The notes below the pieces were generated by a model. That model had not been told where the DNA came from. It was given only the letters and a program-made list of their open reading frames with translations, and made no database searches. The position numbers were made by a program, and so were the translations under genes. From Octopus vulgaris (Eukaryota), in NCBI GenBank assembly GCA_951406725.2, contig OX597828.1:10664001-10728000 (forward strand): a stretch of 64,000 nucleotides of DNA. Reading direction: 5' to 3'. The first letter of the stretch is position 1. Each line of letters begins with the position of its first letter. Shown piece after piece: positions 25,561-39,436 of this stretch.

Positions 25561-25752
25561 TATGAAGAGAAATCACCCAGAAACCATTGGTCAGCTGTTA
25601 CAGGTTATGGCTCAGTGTGGACATTAGCACCCTTCTTCGAGGTAAAAGGATGCGACTGTGCGTCGATACCCAGTTACAAAAGATGTTTTCCTGGGGTTAA
25701 AAAAGAAAGTAACACCGTCCAAATCAGGACTGTCCGTTTACGTTGGCAAATA
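25561..25752 (+). repeat. Diverged relative of the 360-bp hammerhead monomer (58.3-59.2 kb), with a decayed hammerhead
   Basis: aTGAAGAg...GAAAccattggTC at 25562-25592. Downstream gatgcgactgtgcgtcgat...ctggggttaaaaaagaaagtaacaccgt...ggactgtccgttt parallels 59049-59140. Confidence 0.55.
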
Positions 25753-25820
25753 GACTTTACTCTGTAGTACGGTTACTACATATTTACGCTCATAGATTTA
25801 AAGCTAATTGATTTTCTCCG

Positions 25821-25875
<55 letters not shown>

Positions 25876-25919
25876 ATGTGTGAGTGTGTGTATTTGTGTG
25901 TGTCTGCGTGTGTGTGTGT

Positions 25920-25954
<35 letters not shown>

Positions 25955-26719
25955 AAGAGAGAGAAAGCGAAAGAGAGAATATGTTCCTCCTTATAACAGC
26001 AATCATATAAATACACATACATGAATAAGTTGATGGAGGTATTAATATGCAAGAATGTGTTTATACGTATGCATGTACATATATATATATATATATACAT
26101 ACACACCTATTAATATTTGTATATGTGAGCGGGTGTATATCCATATATATATATATGTATATATATGCATACATATACATATGGATGTATATATGTATGT
26201 ATGTGTGAGTGTGTGCATGTGTATGTGTGTACATGTGCATGTGAATGCGTGTGCATGTGCATATGTGTGCATGTGTGTGCGAGTGTGTGCGTAACCCATT
26301 ATATCGATGTTCACATACTCAGGATAAATCAAGGCGATGCATACATTAATTTCATACTCAAATCTATTGCTACACAGGTTTCTGCACTGGTCTACATCAT
26401 TAAAATAGTCACTATGGAATTTTTCTTCCCACAAAAAGTTAGAGTGAATTTCCGAGGCATAAATATCACGCGTAGAGATTCCGAATAGTTGTTGCTTAAT
26501 ATGTACCAGCTTTTGTCTTATTAGCGTTTTGCAACTCAGTACATGGGTATGTTAGGTTGTCTACATGAGTGTGCTTACATATACACCTGTTTGTACGCAT
26601 GTATGATCATTATTGTAAGTACCTGTGTAACGATCTATATGAATAAGCTTCAACATATATTTATATATTTATATATATACATGCATATACATATATGCAT
26701 GTATATATGTCTTTATTTA

Positions 26720-26802
<83 letters not shown>

Positions 26803-26959
26803 TCATACATATATACATCTATACATTTATCTATACACAAATGTTTACATATGTATAAATGCCAGTGCAAATATGCTTGTAAGAATATTCAAGAAAATCC
26901 GCATTTAATAGTTATCTATGCGCATGTGTGAAAATATTTTGTACGTACTTCATATGGGT

Positions 26960-26966
26960 ATATATG

Positions 26967-27019
<53 letters not shown>

Positions 27020-27234
27020 ATATATGTATGTATATGTATATATATGTATGTATATGTATATATATGTATGTATATGTATATATATGTATGTATATGTATA
27101 TATATATATGTATGTATATGTATATATATATATATATATATATGTCTATGTATATATATATATATGTGTGTATATGTATATATATATGCATATATACATA
27201 TGCATATATATGTATATATATATGCATATATATG

Positions 27235-27291
<57 letters not shown>

Positions 27292-27331
27292 GTATATATA
27301 CACATATATCCCAATGTATATACATATATAC

Positions 27332-27362
<31 letters not shown>

Positions 27363-27365
27363 CGT
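26960..27365. repeat. Long compound (TA)n/(TATG)n microsatellite
   Basis: Direct reading. Confidence 0.95.
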
Positions 27366-27856
27366 GATTGTGTGTTTATACCTGTGTGTGTCTTTGTGTG
27401 CCTGCATTCATATGCACGTATACCTATCATGGTTACGCACTATTCACACACTTGTATATGTATATTATGTGGTCAACTGAGTTTTTATGTTGGAAATAGC
27501 AAACAGCTTGAAGCTAAGTCTCATCTAGAATCTGAAAAAATTAGTTGTTTTTCCTTTGCCAAGATTGAGCTTAGCCTTTAAATCAGAAGAAAAATATTTC
27601 ATTCATAACATCCGTTTAGCGTTTTTCTTTTACATCTCTCGGTTTTCTTTCTTCACTTTCGGTTTTATATTTAATCTTTTAATATTCGTTTTTATTTTGG
27701 CTGTTTTTTTCTATGAAATCTTCATGCGTTTCCTCATTAGTACATCGTCTGATGGATTGAAATGTTCTCAGATCTGAAATTAAAAGAGCAAAGTTTCAGA
27801 GAATAATTGAAACTATCATGTGTAGAGACAGTGTTTGTTTTGAGTGGAAAATGTAA

Positions 27857-27940
27857 AATAATAATAAAAAGTAATACGATAATAATAATAATGGTAATAA
27901 TAATGAAAATCATAATAATAACCGTATTAGCAATAGTTCA

Positions 27941-27988
<48 letters not shown>
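27857..27988. repeat. (AAT)n trinucleotide repeat
   Basis: Pure run at 27942-27988 with a degenerate upstream part. Confidence 0.9.
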
Positions 27989-28639
27989 TAGTGAAAATCT
28001 AACCTGATAGTATGTGAGGCACAGAGAAAAAATAGTAGGTGATAGAGAAAATTATGAGCTAGAGCATTTAAGCGCTAAAGAAGAAAATTACTAAACAAAG
28101 TACACAAGATTTGTGGCAAAAAAACATTAAAAAGATTTGAAAGAATTTTAGAGGAAGAGCCGAATGGAAATGTGTGAGAGAGTTATTGATTGTACTTAAG
28201 CACCTTTCATTTTCTTTCGTCTGCAATGCCTCGCTACAAGTCGATTCCTGACGTCACATAATGCCTGTCATCTAATCAACGCTAATGCATATGTATGAGC
28301 GTAACATACACTGACAACACTGGAATGAAATGGACGCAAGGTGAATGCTCGTTGTGAGTCATTATCAGGAGAAATAATGAGAAAGGGATGGTAGGCAACG
28401 TAGGAGGCGAGAATAACAAAATAAAGAAAAACAAAATGGATCGGCAAAAAATTTCAAAGTTGAGCTATTTCCGTGAAAGTATGAAGCAAAAATGCAAGCA
28501 ATGGAAGAAAGAGAATCTTGCGAAATTCTAAACGACAAATAGGAAGAGAGAGAATGGGAGAGAGTGGATTTAGAGATAATGAATGCAATTAAAGTTTGAT
28601 TTAAGTACTCATTTGTTATAAGCTTTAATATTGGTTTCA

Positions 28640-29035
28640 AATTTTGGCGCAAGGCCGCCAATTTTACGGATGGGTTAAGTTACATGGACACCTGCGTTCA
28701 ACTGGTACATCCGAAAGGATCAAAAGCAAAGTAGACCTCGGTGGAATTTTAACTCAGAACGCAAAGGCAAAGGAAATGCCGCCGGAGTGCCAACGATTCT
28801 GTCAGCTCACTAACACATATATAACTCTAATGATGATTCCAAATTTTGGCGCAAGGCAGTCAAGAGGCTTATGTCGATTACATCGCTCCAATGTTTATTT
28901 GGTAATTATGTTATGACCTAGAAAAGACAAGAAGCAAAGTCAACCTCGGTGGAATTTGAACTCAGGACATAACGAAGACAATATGCCCCTAAGCATGTTG
29001 CCCGGCATGCTAACGATTTTACCAGCTCACCGCTT
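28640..29035 (-). mobile_element. Two tandem decayed family A SINE copies
   Basis: aaattttggcgcaaggc and aagcaaagt(ag/ca)acctcggtggaattt(t/g)aactcag each occur twice. The head reverse complement ccagctcaccgc lies at ~29022-29033. Confidence 0.75.
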
Positions 29036-29559
29036 TAATCTTGATTAATCAGTGGGTTGTACGATAAGTTTTAATTTGACTACTTACGTAATTATTATGT
29101 TTTCAAAATAAATTTATATATAAGTGTGTGCGTCTAAGTATATATGTAGAGAGAGAAATAGAAATGAAAACTCACTTGTACAGTTGTGAATATTTGATAA
29201 AGTGAATATGAATGATATTTCTGATAATTATTTTCCACTACGTAGAGAAGTGGAAAATAATAATCGCAAATGTCATTCTGATTCATTTTTCAAATGTTGT
29301 CAAATGAGAGAAATAGTACGACTGCGGCGATTAGAAACAGCTAAAATAGGTTTCCCCCGAAGGATTTCTGGGGTAATATTATTGGAAAAGTTGTACATCT
29401 CGTATATAAAGGTGTCTCACAAAGTCGGATCACCTTTTCTCCGCACTGAAAGGTCACAGATTCTGCTAGTATAGGCATATGTTAAGAATGACGCGGGAAA
29501 TAAATCACAACAGATTTTTCGAAACGAGTTAATCAGAAAATTATGTAACCCAGTGTTAG

Positions 29560-29762
29560 ACCAAGAACGAGATGGCCGAATAATATCCAGTCTCAATCAA
29601 GTCATGTTTGAATGGGTAACCCTTGCTTCTGATAGGACCCTATAGCGGAGGTATCTGGAGTATCTGCTACGTCAAACTCCGTGGAGAAGTGGGCAGAAAA
29701 AAGGGAATTCGTGGATAGATGGACGTATGAGCATATGCCTGCAAAAATTGAGGACAGATTCG
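29560..29762 (+). mobile_element. Possible L1/Tx1 ORF2 C-terminal fragment
   Basis: Broken peptides L*RRYLEYLLRQ and EKREFVDRWTY resemble the terminal 'F..RW' segment of Tx1/L1 ORF2. Confidence 0.35.
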
Positions 29763-29849
29763 ACAGTAGCCACAATGAGGACAGTAGCCAAATTTTGACA
29801 TTGCGTACATCGAATACTTTCTACTATTCCAAATTGGTTTGGTGCCCTT

Positions 29850-31190
29850 CTTTTAATGATCTATCGCGTAATGTGGAGGTAGTCGTAGTTAGGTCTCTTA
29901 GCTTGTCTGTCGCTCGCCAATTAGTCTAGATAACAATACAATGACCAAAATTCACTTTTCCGGCACTTCTCTCAGCAGCACCAGCAGACTTCATTTCGCA
30001 GGAGACAGAATTCTCTACTCTCTTGCCAGTTGCAGTACATGTCTAGTAAAAGATACAAATCTGTTGCATGAAAATAAATTTGAGAACAGACCGTAACAGA
30101 CCCTAGGTTCTCCGTGCATCACGCATTCGCTCCCCATATTCATCTGCTGTCATAGACCTAACGAAGAACCCCTAGCCGAGAGCTATCATCAGGTCGACGA
30201 GACAGGTGATAAACTACATGTTCCTTCGTCTTGCCGCTGCTCCGAACTGTCGAAGAAATAGCCACCAAAATCCCACTCACCTCTTGGATTCAAGACGTAT
30301 ACGTCCCTTCGATGTATCAATGACTGAATTGTAAAGGTGTTGCCATGTTGCTTCTCTACCGCCCATCTTATTTGAAAGGATTCCGTTCATTCATACCTTC
30401 GAGCATGCACAATATCTCTGACAACGTAAACTACCTTCCTCGCGTTGAAAAATTTGCCAAGGGATGATCTCGGCACCACTACGTCAGTCGCAATGCTGTT
30501 TCTAAGCATCTTCGAAAGATTCCTTAAAAGCTCACCCTCTCTTCTAGAGATCTCCATTCTTATTTTCTTATTGCCACCTATCAACTCTAATATAATAGCT
30601 CTTCTTAGGATAATATGATGGTGATTAACCCCGGCAAAACCCTTCTCTACTCTGGTTCCGAAAACTTGACGCTCCAGGTAGGACGCGTTGATTTTGATAT
30701 AACCGGGTTCTTGTTAATGCAATCTATTTAAGTCTACGTTACAAATCACAAATTTGTATTATGTGTAGCCGCCTAATTTTAGATTATGCGCACTCTATGC
30801 TACCCCTATATGCGGTGACCTACAGAATAATATGTCTAGATATAACCTGGATGACCCTATGTGGTTTCTTTATTTCTACTTTGCGCACTTGTTAAATCCA
30901 CTCGTTAAATATCAGAGAGCAGAAAATGTCTGAGTAGTTTTGCGAATGTTTTGTATCCCTTCTCCTCCTCTCACTTTGTTCCCATTCAATCCAAGCGTAA
31001 TTCCAGGTGCGTTCTAATCGCCCACAAACATTCACAGGACGCGACGCTCCGAGGTAAACTTCCAGAAACCTGAAGAAATCATGTTGTCTCACTTGGTAAA
31101 AGCCTAGATAGTTACTGATCTAGATAAATACTTCCTCCACCATTCTTCTCCTCTAGGGTCACCAACATATCAACCGTGTTCAGAAAGGTC
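29850..31190 (-). mobile_element. Decayed L1/Tx1-clade ORF2 remnant (APE endonuclease to RT start)
   Basis: Minus-strand peptides across frameshifts are QHDFFRFLEVYLGASRP (cf. DFF..LE..L...GD.N), GSSRLYLDIL (cf. SYLDR), KFVIC (cf. TDHK), PGYIKINASYLE (cf. GPGYWKLN.S.L), LLDMYCNWQE and YDYLHITR (cf. I.DNLH..R), in the expected order. Confidence 0.75.
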
Positions 31191-31639
31191 GACCGTATTT
31201 CACGAGCCAGTATTTTTTTAAACAATAATGCTTCTCAACTTCACATTTCAGGTCAGCTCAGACATGTATAGATCTCAAAAAAGCAAGATGATTCCACAGC
31301 ACATGTACAGGGAATTATAATTTAGCTGTCACATATATATGTAGAGACCTGGAGTTATTGAATAGGCGCTCCTGCTTCTGCGGTGACCCCAGATCACGTG
31401 CATTTATGGAAGTCATTTTTAAGCCGCTATATTCATTGTAAAGAAGGAAAGAGAAACAGAGAGTCACATGTCTTGAACGCCTTTTTATAGGAAATGGTAT
31501 CTTTCAAGAGCTTTCTCTGAGTGGAGTTTCGCAAGAGAAGTAGACTGTTCGAGGGCCGGGATGCATGCTGAGGTCCCTAGCATCGTGAGTGAAACCCTCT
31601 TTTATTTCTCTTTATCTATTTTTCGTCAGCCTCATTAAT

Positions 31640-31905
31640 TACAGGTCCTCTATTACTTTCACTGTATTTATATTGGAATTCTGTTTCTGCCTCTGACACC
31701 GTTTCGGAACCAGGGACAATGTGTTACTGCCTTCGATGGAGTTACGTAATGAGTTCATGGCTTTATTTTCTTGTTTGCTCAGATTGTATGTTTCCTGATT
31801 TTTTTTTCTTGTTTTCATTATTTCTTTTCTTGTTGCTGGAGGAGTTGGTGGTAGATCTGGATTACTAATTGTCGGTATGGATTTCATGTTATTTGGAATC
31901 GATAT
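31640..31905 (-). mobile_element. Penelope-like element ORF fragment (pre-RT region)
   Basis: TYNLSKQENKAMNSLRNSIEGSN resembles the PLE motif 'NL(S/T)..E..AL..L...I...DKG', with the DKG segment degenerate. Confidence 0.45.
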
Positions 31906-31907
31906 GG

Positions 31908-31944
<37 letters not shown>

Positions 31945-31950
31945 AGAGAG

Positions 31951-31993
<43 letters not shown>

Positions 31994-32755
31994 TATATAT
32001 ATATATACACATACATACATACATACATACATACAGATAGATATATATATACCGATAGTTATTATTTGTAGTAATATATTATTGCACATTCTCTAGTCAT
32101 GCGTTGAAACTTTCTTACTATATGGTTGAATCTAAGCATATATTGCAGAATATAAAAAGAATGCTTATATGTTGCATTATTTTTTTTAACCTTAGATATC
32201 CTTGTCTACATGCATGTCTAACATTTATTGCATTTCATGTTTATCATGATTGCAGTGCCACAGAGAAGTACCTTATATCTCCCCTGGAAATTTATTTCCT
32301 TACAAATATATCATACCCATTATCAATATATATCACGTTATGATTTTTACGAATTCTAGAGTAAGTGTGTCAGCTTTAATATTTCATTTCTGCACCACCA
32401 TAGTCCTGACACGTAGTGAAAATGCAATCGCTTACAAACATTACTTAATGTATTATTTCGTTATTGCCAGAGTAAAGAATAGATGATGACAGCTTGACAT
32501 AAAATGAGAGCAGGAAATGCAAAAGGTAAAGAAAAGAAGAAAAAAAACCAAAGAGGAAGGAGTCATGTAAATATGGAATTGAAAGAATATTATGCTATCA
32601 AAACATGGAAAATACTTTTTTTTAATAAAAATGAAAGAAGCTTTTTACGGTACGTGCTATAACTACATTTCAAAAATTCATTCATATGTTCATAAATTTG
32701 TTCTGGCAGAATCAATAAATCGATATGAAAATAATGATTGAAGTTAGTTGAATAT

Positions 32756-32799
<44 letters not shown>

Positions 32800-33781
32800 T
32801 GTTTGCTTGTTTTGGAACATGCAAATATTTTGGAAAGTTTGAGAACTTCAACGAGTTTTGTTAAGTTCTTTTGAAAAGAAATTCATTAATTGTGCCTTAA
32901 AATAAGTAAAATTCCTAAGTTATTTTCATTCACATCATAAATTGGGAATTAGAAATAAGGAACTATTTTGAGAAATCACCCTTAAATTTGTTTTCCTCAT
33001 TGATTTTCATACTCGGACGAGTACCAAAAGATCACAAGATGTTAATTTAAATATTTTGTAAACATCCGTGGTGTCAACTTAGTATAACTATGTTTAGGTA
33101 TCCTTACTTATTACTGTTTCTGTTTGATATGTCCGTTTTCAATTATAAATTGAAGCTGTTTTTTTCTTTCGTATTTCATTGAAGATATAATCCCCATTTT
33201 AATACCTAAGACTAACTGACAATTATAAGTAGATAATAATTTCTATTACCCTAACAATAAGACTTTTGAGTTCACATTTAACAGTATTCAGGTTAATCGA
33301 AATAAGGAGCTTCTATTAACCTCTTTTTCTTGAATGCGACCAGTATTTCCCTAAGATGAAGACGTGCAAATGAAGACTCGGGTTTCACACATGCTTACTG
33401 TCTTCCGACGTTATCCTCGATCTAACAGACGTTCAAGGCATTAACATATCCGCTATTTTCAGATAAAAGTTATGTAGTGCTCAAGAATGCGACCATTACT
33501 GACAAAATGATCATCAATTATTCTACTCTCCTTTAAATGTATACATTTAAGTAAAACGGCTTCTCGGTGTTACTGAATACTAAACTTTACACAAAGAATA
33601 CGTTGAAATCAACTGGATAATATTTTACAATTTTGCAATTCTGCTGCCTATAGTAGTGTTCTTCAACTTCAAGTTACAAGATTATTCTAACTCGTAGGTT
33701 GTGAATTTTCTTTTTTCATAGTTAGTTTTTTCGACCACAGATACAACGCAATGCTACAACGATACGAATATTTGAAACTTT

Positions 33782-33783
<2 letters not shown>

Positions 33784-33847
<64 letters not shown>
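33784..33847. repeat. (CT)n microsatellite
   Basis: Direct reading. Confidence 0.95.
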
Positions 33848-33852
<5 letters not shown>

Positions 33853-34780
33853 CTATTTCACGTATTCAGTTGGGTTTTTAATTTTTTGATTTTTAATTTT
33901 TTAGTTTTTAAATCCAATAGTTTTGTAATCGAGAAAAATAGTGACTAATTTGTAAATATGTAGAGCTTGGGAAAATATAAAAAAAATATACACATTCGTA
34001 GAGAAGATGGTAAGTGCAAACGACAAAGAAAAACAAAAGTATTTTCTTTCGTAAAAAATAAATACATTTTCTTTTATGGCCTATTTTACGTATGCTATTA
34101 CGCTCAACATATCACGGTTAATGATAAGTGTTACAACAAATTTCTTTTTCTTTGCTTTTATACTTTTTGGAATTTAGGAGTGTGCATGGATGCTTAATAT
34201 TTAGTTTTCTTTATTTAGTTATCAGAAAGAGACAGAGTTAAATGCTAAATGTCTGTTTTCTTGGTCTAATAGTTCCTAACCAGCAGTATGTGTTTATCCA
34301 TTAAGAGGCCTTATTACACGGAAGTAAAGATAGTAAATGTTTTGACGTAGACGTTTTATAAAGAAAGCTAAGATATATCAACAGGGGTGTATTATTGTCT
34401 CAAAATATAAATGCTTATAGCTCCTAGGTTTTCTCAAGCAATTAACTATCTGCGTATTTGCCAGTTATATGACTGCTCAAATTTGGCGCTATCAATGAGG
34501 TTTTACGTGTCAGACGGAATCCACTGTTAGCTCAGCAACATGCATTCTCTAAGGAAGTCAGAAATTACAAAAAAAAAAAAAAAATTCTTTAATATGGAGA
34601 AATCTTTGAATATCCGTTTGTTAGATATTTTCTATTGTTTGAACAGAAGGTAATCACTCACTTTGAAGATCTGTTATGTCGGGGAATATGTATTGTTAGC
34701 AGTCTACAACACAAGACGAATCCATATATGTATGTATGAATTTTCGTCCAATAATTTCACACAGACATACACGCACATGC

Positions 34781-34837
<57 letters not shown>

Positions 34838-35112
34838 TTGCATGCATAGGAGCGAGTTCATATGTGCGTTTTATTTTTGTGTGCATATGTTTGTGTAGCT
34901 ATATATAGTCATATATAGTCATATACAAAGTCAGAAGCACACATACACCAGCATACACATATATGCAATATAGAATAATATAATCTAATATATAAATATA
35001 TATGTATATATATACATGTGAATACATACATATTTGTGTGTGAGTATATGTGTATATATACATATATATATGTGCGTGTGTGTTTGTGTGTGTATGTGTT
35101 TGTCTGTGTGTG

Positions 35113-35203
<91 letters not shown>

Positions 35204-35782
35204 GAATCTGCGTCCTAGAAGTATGCGTGCCTCCAATTGTGTAGAGTGAAAGGTATCGTACTACAAAACGTATAATTGAATTTCGCGAGTAAATCTGTGA
35301 GATAAGACAGAATTCTTTGATCGTGATAATGTTCCTTGGTTCGGCAGAGATCTCAACAATGGAACCTAAACAATAAAATTCGTTCAATATACAGTCGAGA
35401 TTATTTCTTAGAATGGCGTTATATCAAAACTACAACATTAATTTCCATCAGACAAGAATTTGGTTTGTTGCCAAGCCATTGTTGTTAGAGCCACTGCAGT
35501 GTTACTTCCCTTGGCCATAACACTGTACACCAATGCCGCATCATTAGATACAAAGTAGCAGGCATTGGAAGGAGAAAGGTTATAAAGAAAGAGGTAGATT
35601 GAGAAAGAGGGGAAAAAATACTGGATTTATTGAAAATGGAAATAACGAAGAAGATTATAAATGGAAATGAAGAGATGAGATGCAGATTGATGCCAAATGG
35701 TGACTGTCAGATAACTTTTTTTTTACGAAATACTCTCCATGTGAACGCATGGCTTCAAAAGTTAATAAAATAAATTTGAGAT

Positions 35783-35815
<33 letters not shown>

Positions 35816-37094
35816 TTGTTGTTATTGCCGTTGTTGCTAATATTATTTTGTTACGTTATTGTTTGCATCTGTTTGTTTTCTGTAGCTGTTTTGTACACAC
35901 TCGGACAGAACAAACCACTATATCTCTAATTTCACACACATATATATATATACATAAACAGACACCACACACACACACAAACAAACAAACAAACAAACAA
36001 ACAAATAAACAAACAAACAAACACAAACAGACACATATGCTCACAAACAGCTTCATTTGTTCGTACTCTGAGTTATCAGTGTGTAATTTTACAGGGTAGA
36101 TATAAAAAGCAAATACATGAGTCAAACTGCAACGACGAAGTGAAAACTCATCAAATAATGAATGAATAAAGCCGAGTAACGAAAACATATAAACATATAC
36201 ACATATATTCACATGTGAGTTTTATGCTATGTGTAGTTTTATAAATAGTCATATTTTAATACAACGCCTAGCATTAAAAATATGTGCATATTTAACATGA
36301 CTTTACATTTGAAATCTGTTAATGGAATAACAACCGGATATGGAACGCGAATTCTCGTCTGCAACGGCGTGGAATTTTGTAACACGGAAGCGTATGTTAC
36401 CGATAGCATGTTTAGATATCTTTTAATTACACTACGCACGCAAAAGGATATCTAATTTATAATAATTGTATATTTTCCCCAAACATTCCTTTTTACTTTA
36501 AGTATATAAGAGTACTGTGTTGTGAGTACTCAGTGGAGTATTTACATAAGCGTTGTATAGTGATGATGCTTATGTTCGTTCTGTCATGTATCACATGTGT
36601 ATAAAAAAAAATCATATTTTAGCTGGTACGTGTCTTATCTCACTGACATGAATTTTGATGTCTAGATTTGGATGTTTACATTTAAATTTTCACGTTCAGG
36701 TGTTTCACTAAGAAATTTATAATCGTCTGATTTTGAATACTTAGATATAATTTTTTTGCAAATATCGGAATATGATTTGGCAAATAGAATTACTTTTGTT
36801 TACAGGAGTAGTAATATTATTGTTATGAGTCGTAAGAGCGACCATATAGAATACCTAAAGTATCGCAAAAAACTTGAATCATTTACTCAGGCGCTTTACA
36901 TTCTGTGTTGATTTTCAGGTCAACCAAAATGAGTGCCATTTAAGAACCGGAATCAATTTCATTGACTGACATACTCCTAGGAACTTTCTGGATTTACTCT
37001 TTTATGATAACTATTACTCTTATGAACACAAACCATGTTATTTCATACTTACAAATTCATTCTTCAATATATTTCTGCTACTTTATTGATTCTG

Positions 37095-37457
37095 GTCGTG
37101 GAGGCCCAATGGCCTAGTGGTTAGGACAGCAAACTCGTGGTCGTAGGATCGCGGTTTCGATTCCCAGACCGGTCGTTGTGAGTGTTTATTGAGCAAAAAT
37201 ACTTAACGCCTCACGAGGCTCCGGTAGGGGTGGCGAACCCTACTGTACACATTCACTACAACTTACTCTCACTCTTTCTTCCTGTTTCTGTTGTACATGT
37301 ATTTCAAAGGGCCAGCCTTGTCACACTCTGTTCTGTGTCACGCTGAATAGCCACGAGAACTACATTAAGGGTCCCCGTGTATGTGGAGTTTTAGCCACTT
37401 GCACGTTAATTTCACGAGCAGGCTGTTTCCGATCAACTGGCACCGACAGAGTGCCAA
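37095..37457 (+). mobile_element. Chimeric SINE (family D head/core + family C tail X), 13-bp TSD
   Basis: The head atggcctagtggttaggacagc...gcggtttcgattcccagacc...ctctcactctttcttcctg matches 19656-19959. The tail tgtatttcaaagggccagccttgtcacac...cacgttaatttcacgagcagg matches 1576-1875 and 14817-15085. TSD tttattgat(t/g)ctg at 37082-37094 and 37458-37470. Confidence 0.85.
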
Positions 37458-37899
37458 TTTATTGATGCTGTTTATATGGTTGCATAGTCAGTTATTTTCA
37501 GCGTTCGTTCGTAAAATATATCCGGTATGTGAACGTCTACATTCCTCTTTGGATGAAATTTTTCTTGTTTCCATGCAGAAAAATAAAATATTAGCAGAAA
37601 TCATTCGACGATAACAACTTCAACAATTTTCTCAAATCATCGCTTATTATAAACTCTTTATTCAATTAGGGAGTTAATATGTCGCAGATGCCTTGATATT
37701 TCAGGCGCTTAAATATATCCTGCCTGCAATATTTAGGGAATTAAGGCTATTATTTATTGATTTCTTTAAGCTCCAACAGAACAGAAACTCCAGGAATTTA
37801 ATATTGATATTTATCCTTAAACTGTTACTGTATTTAACTATTTTTAACCCTGTTATACCTCTTTATTAAAAGATTTTACTGTATTTTATAATGATTTAA

Positions 37900-38305
<406 letters not shown>

Positions 38306-38821
38306 AAGGTATGGATGACTTCAGTTTACTTGTAACCTTGCCCATTCTTATAGACACCAAGTAAATAACTAACTCGCTTTGTGATCATGAGTGCACCAAA
38401 CCTCACGGGTGCGTATGCTCACATTTTTGCGGATGCTTGTATGAGCGAGTGTACTCGCGCCATGCAGCTTGTCCGAGGGCGTTTGTATATCCATATCTGT
38501 TAACGTTTATTTTTGATACTCTTCTCGCTGGATTGTGTGTTCGTTTCTCCTTTTGTCATCTGGGATTTTAGTTTTGATCTTCTATATAAATGAAGTTTTT
38601 CCCTCCGTCTAGCTTTTTTTCTCTCTACAAAACGGGAAGTTACATTGCGGAACAATCATTTTAACGAGTTACATGCACCACCGGATGTTCCTGAACCAAT
38701 TGTTGAGTGTCCCACCCAAGAGCAATCGATGCTATATGTGTGGAAACAATTGTCGTGAATAATAATAAATTCTCGAATATTCCATCTTCTGTCTTTCCTT
38801 TGTTATATATCTTTACATATG

Positions 38822-39436
<615 letters not shown>

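Noticed and set aside
35749-36099. ORF with a hydrophobic AAAVAAVVVAVVV stretch resembling a signal or TM segment
   Set aside because: It derives from a (GCT/GTT)n repeat followed by (CAAA)n.
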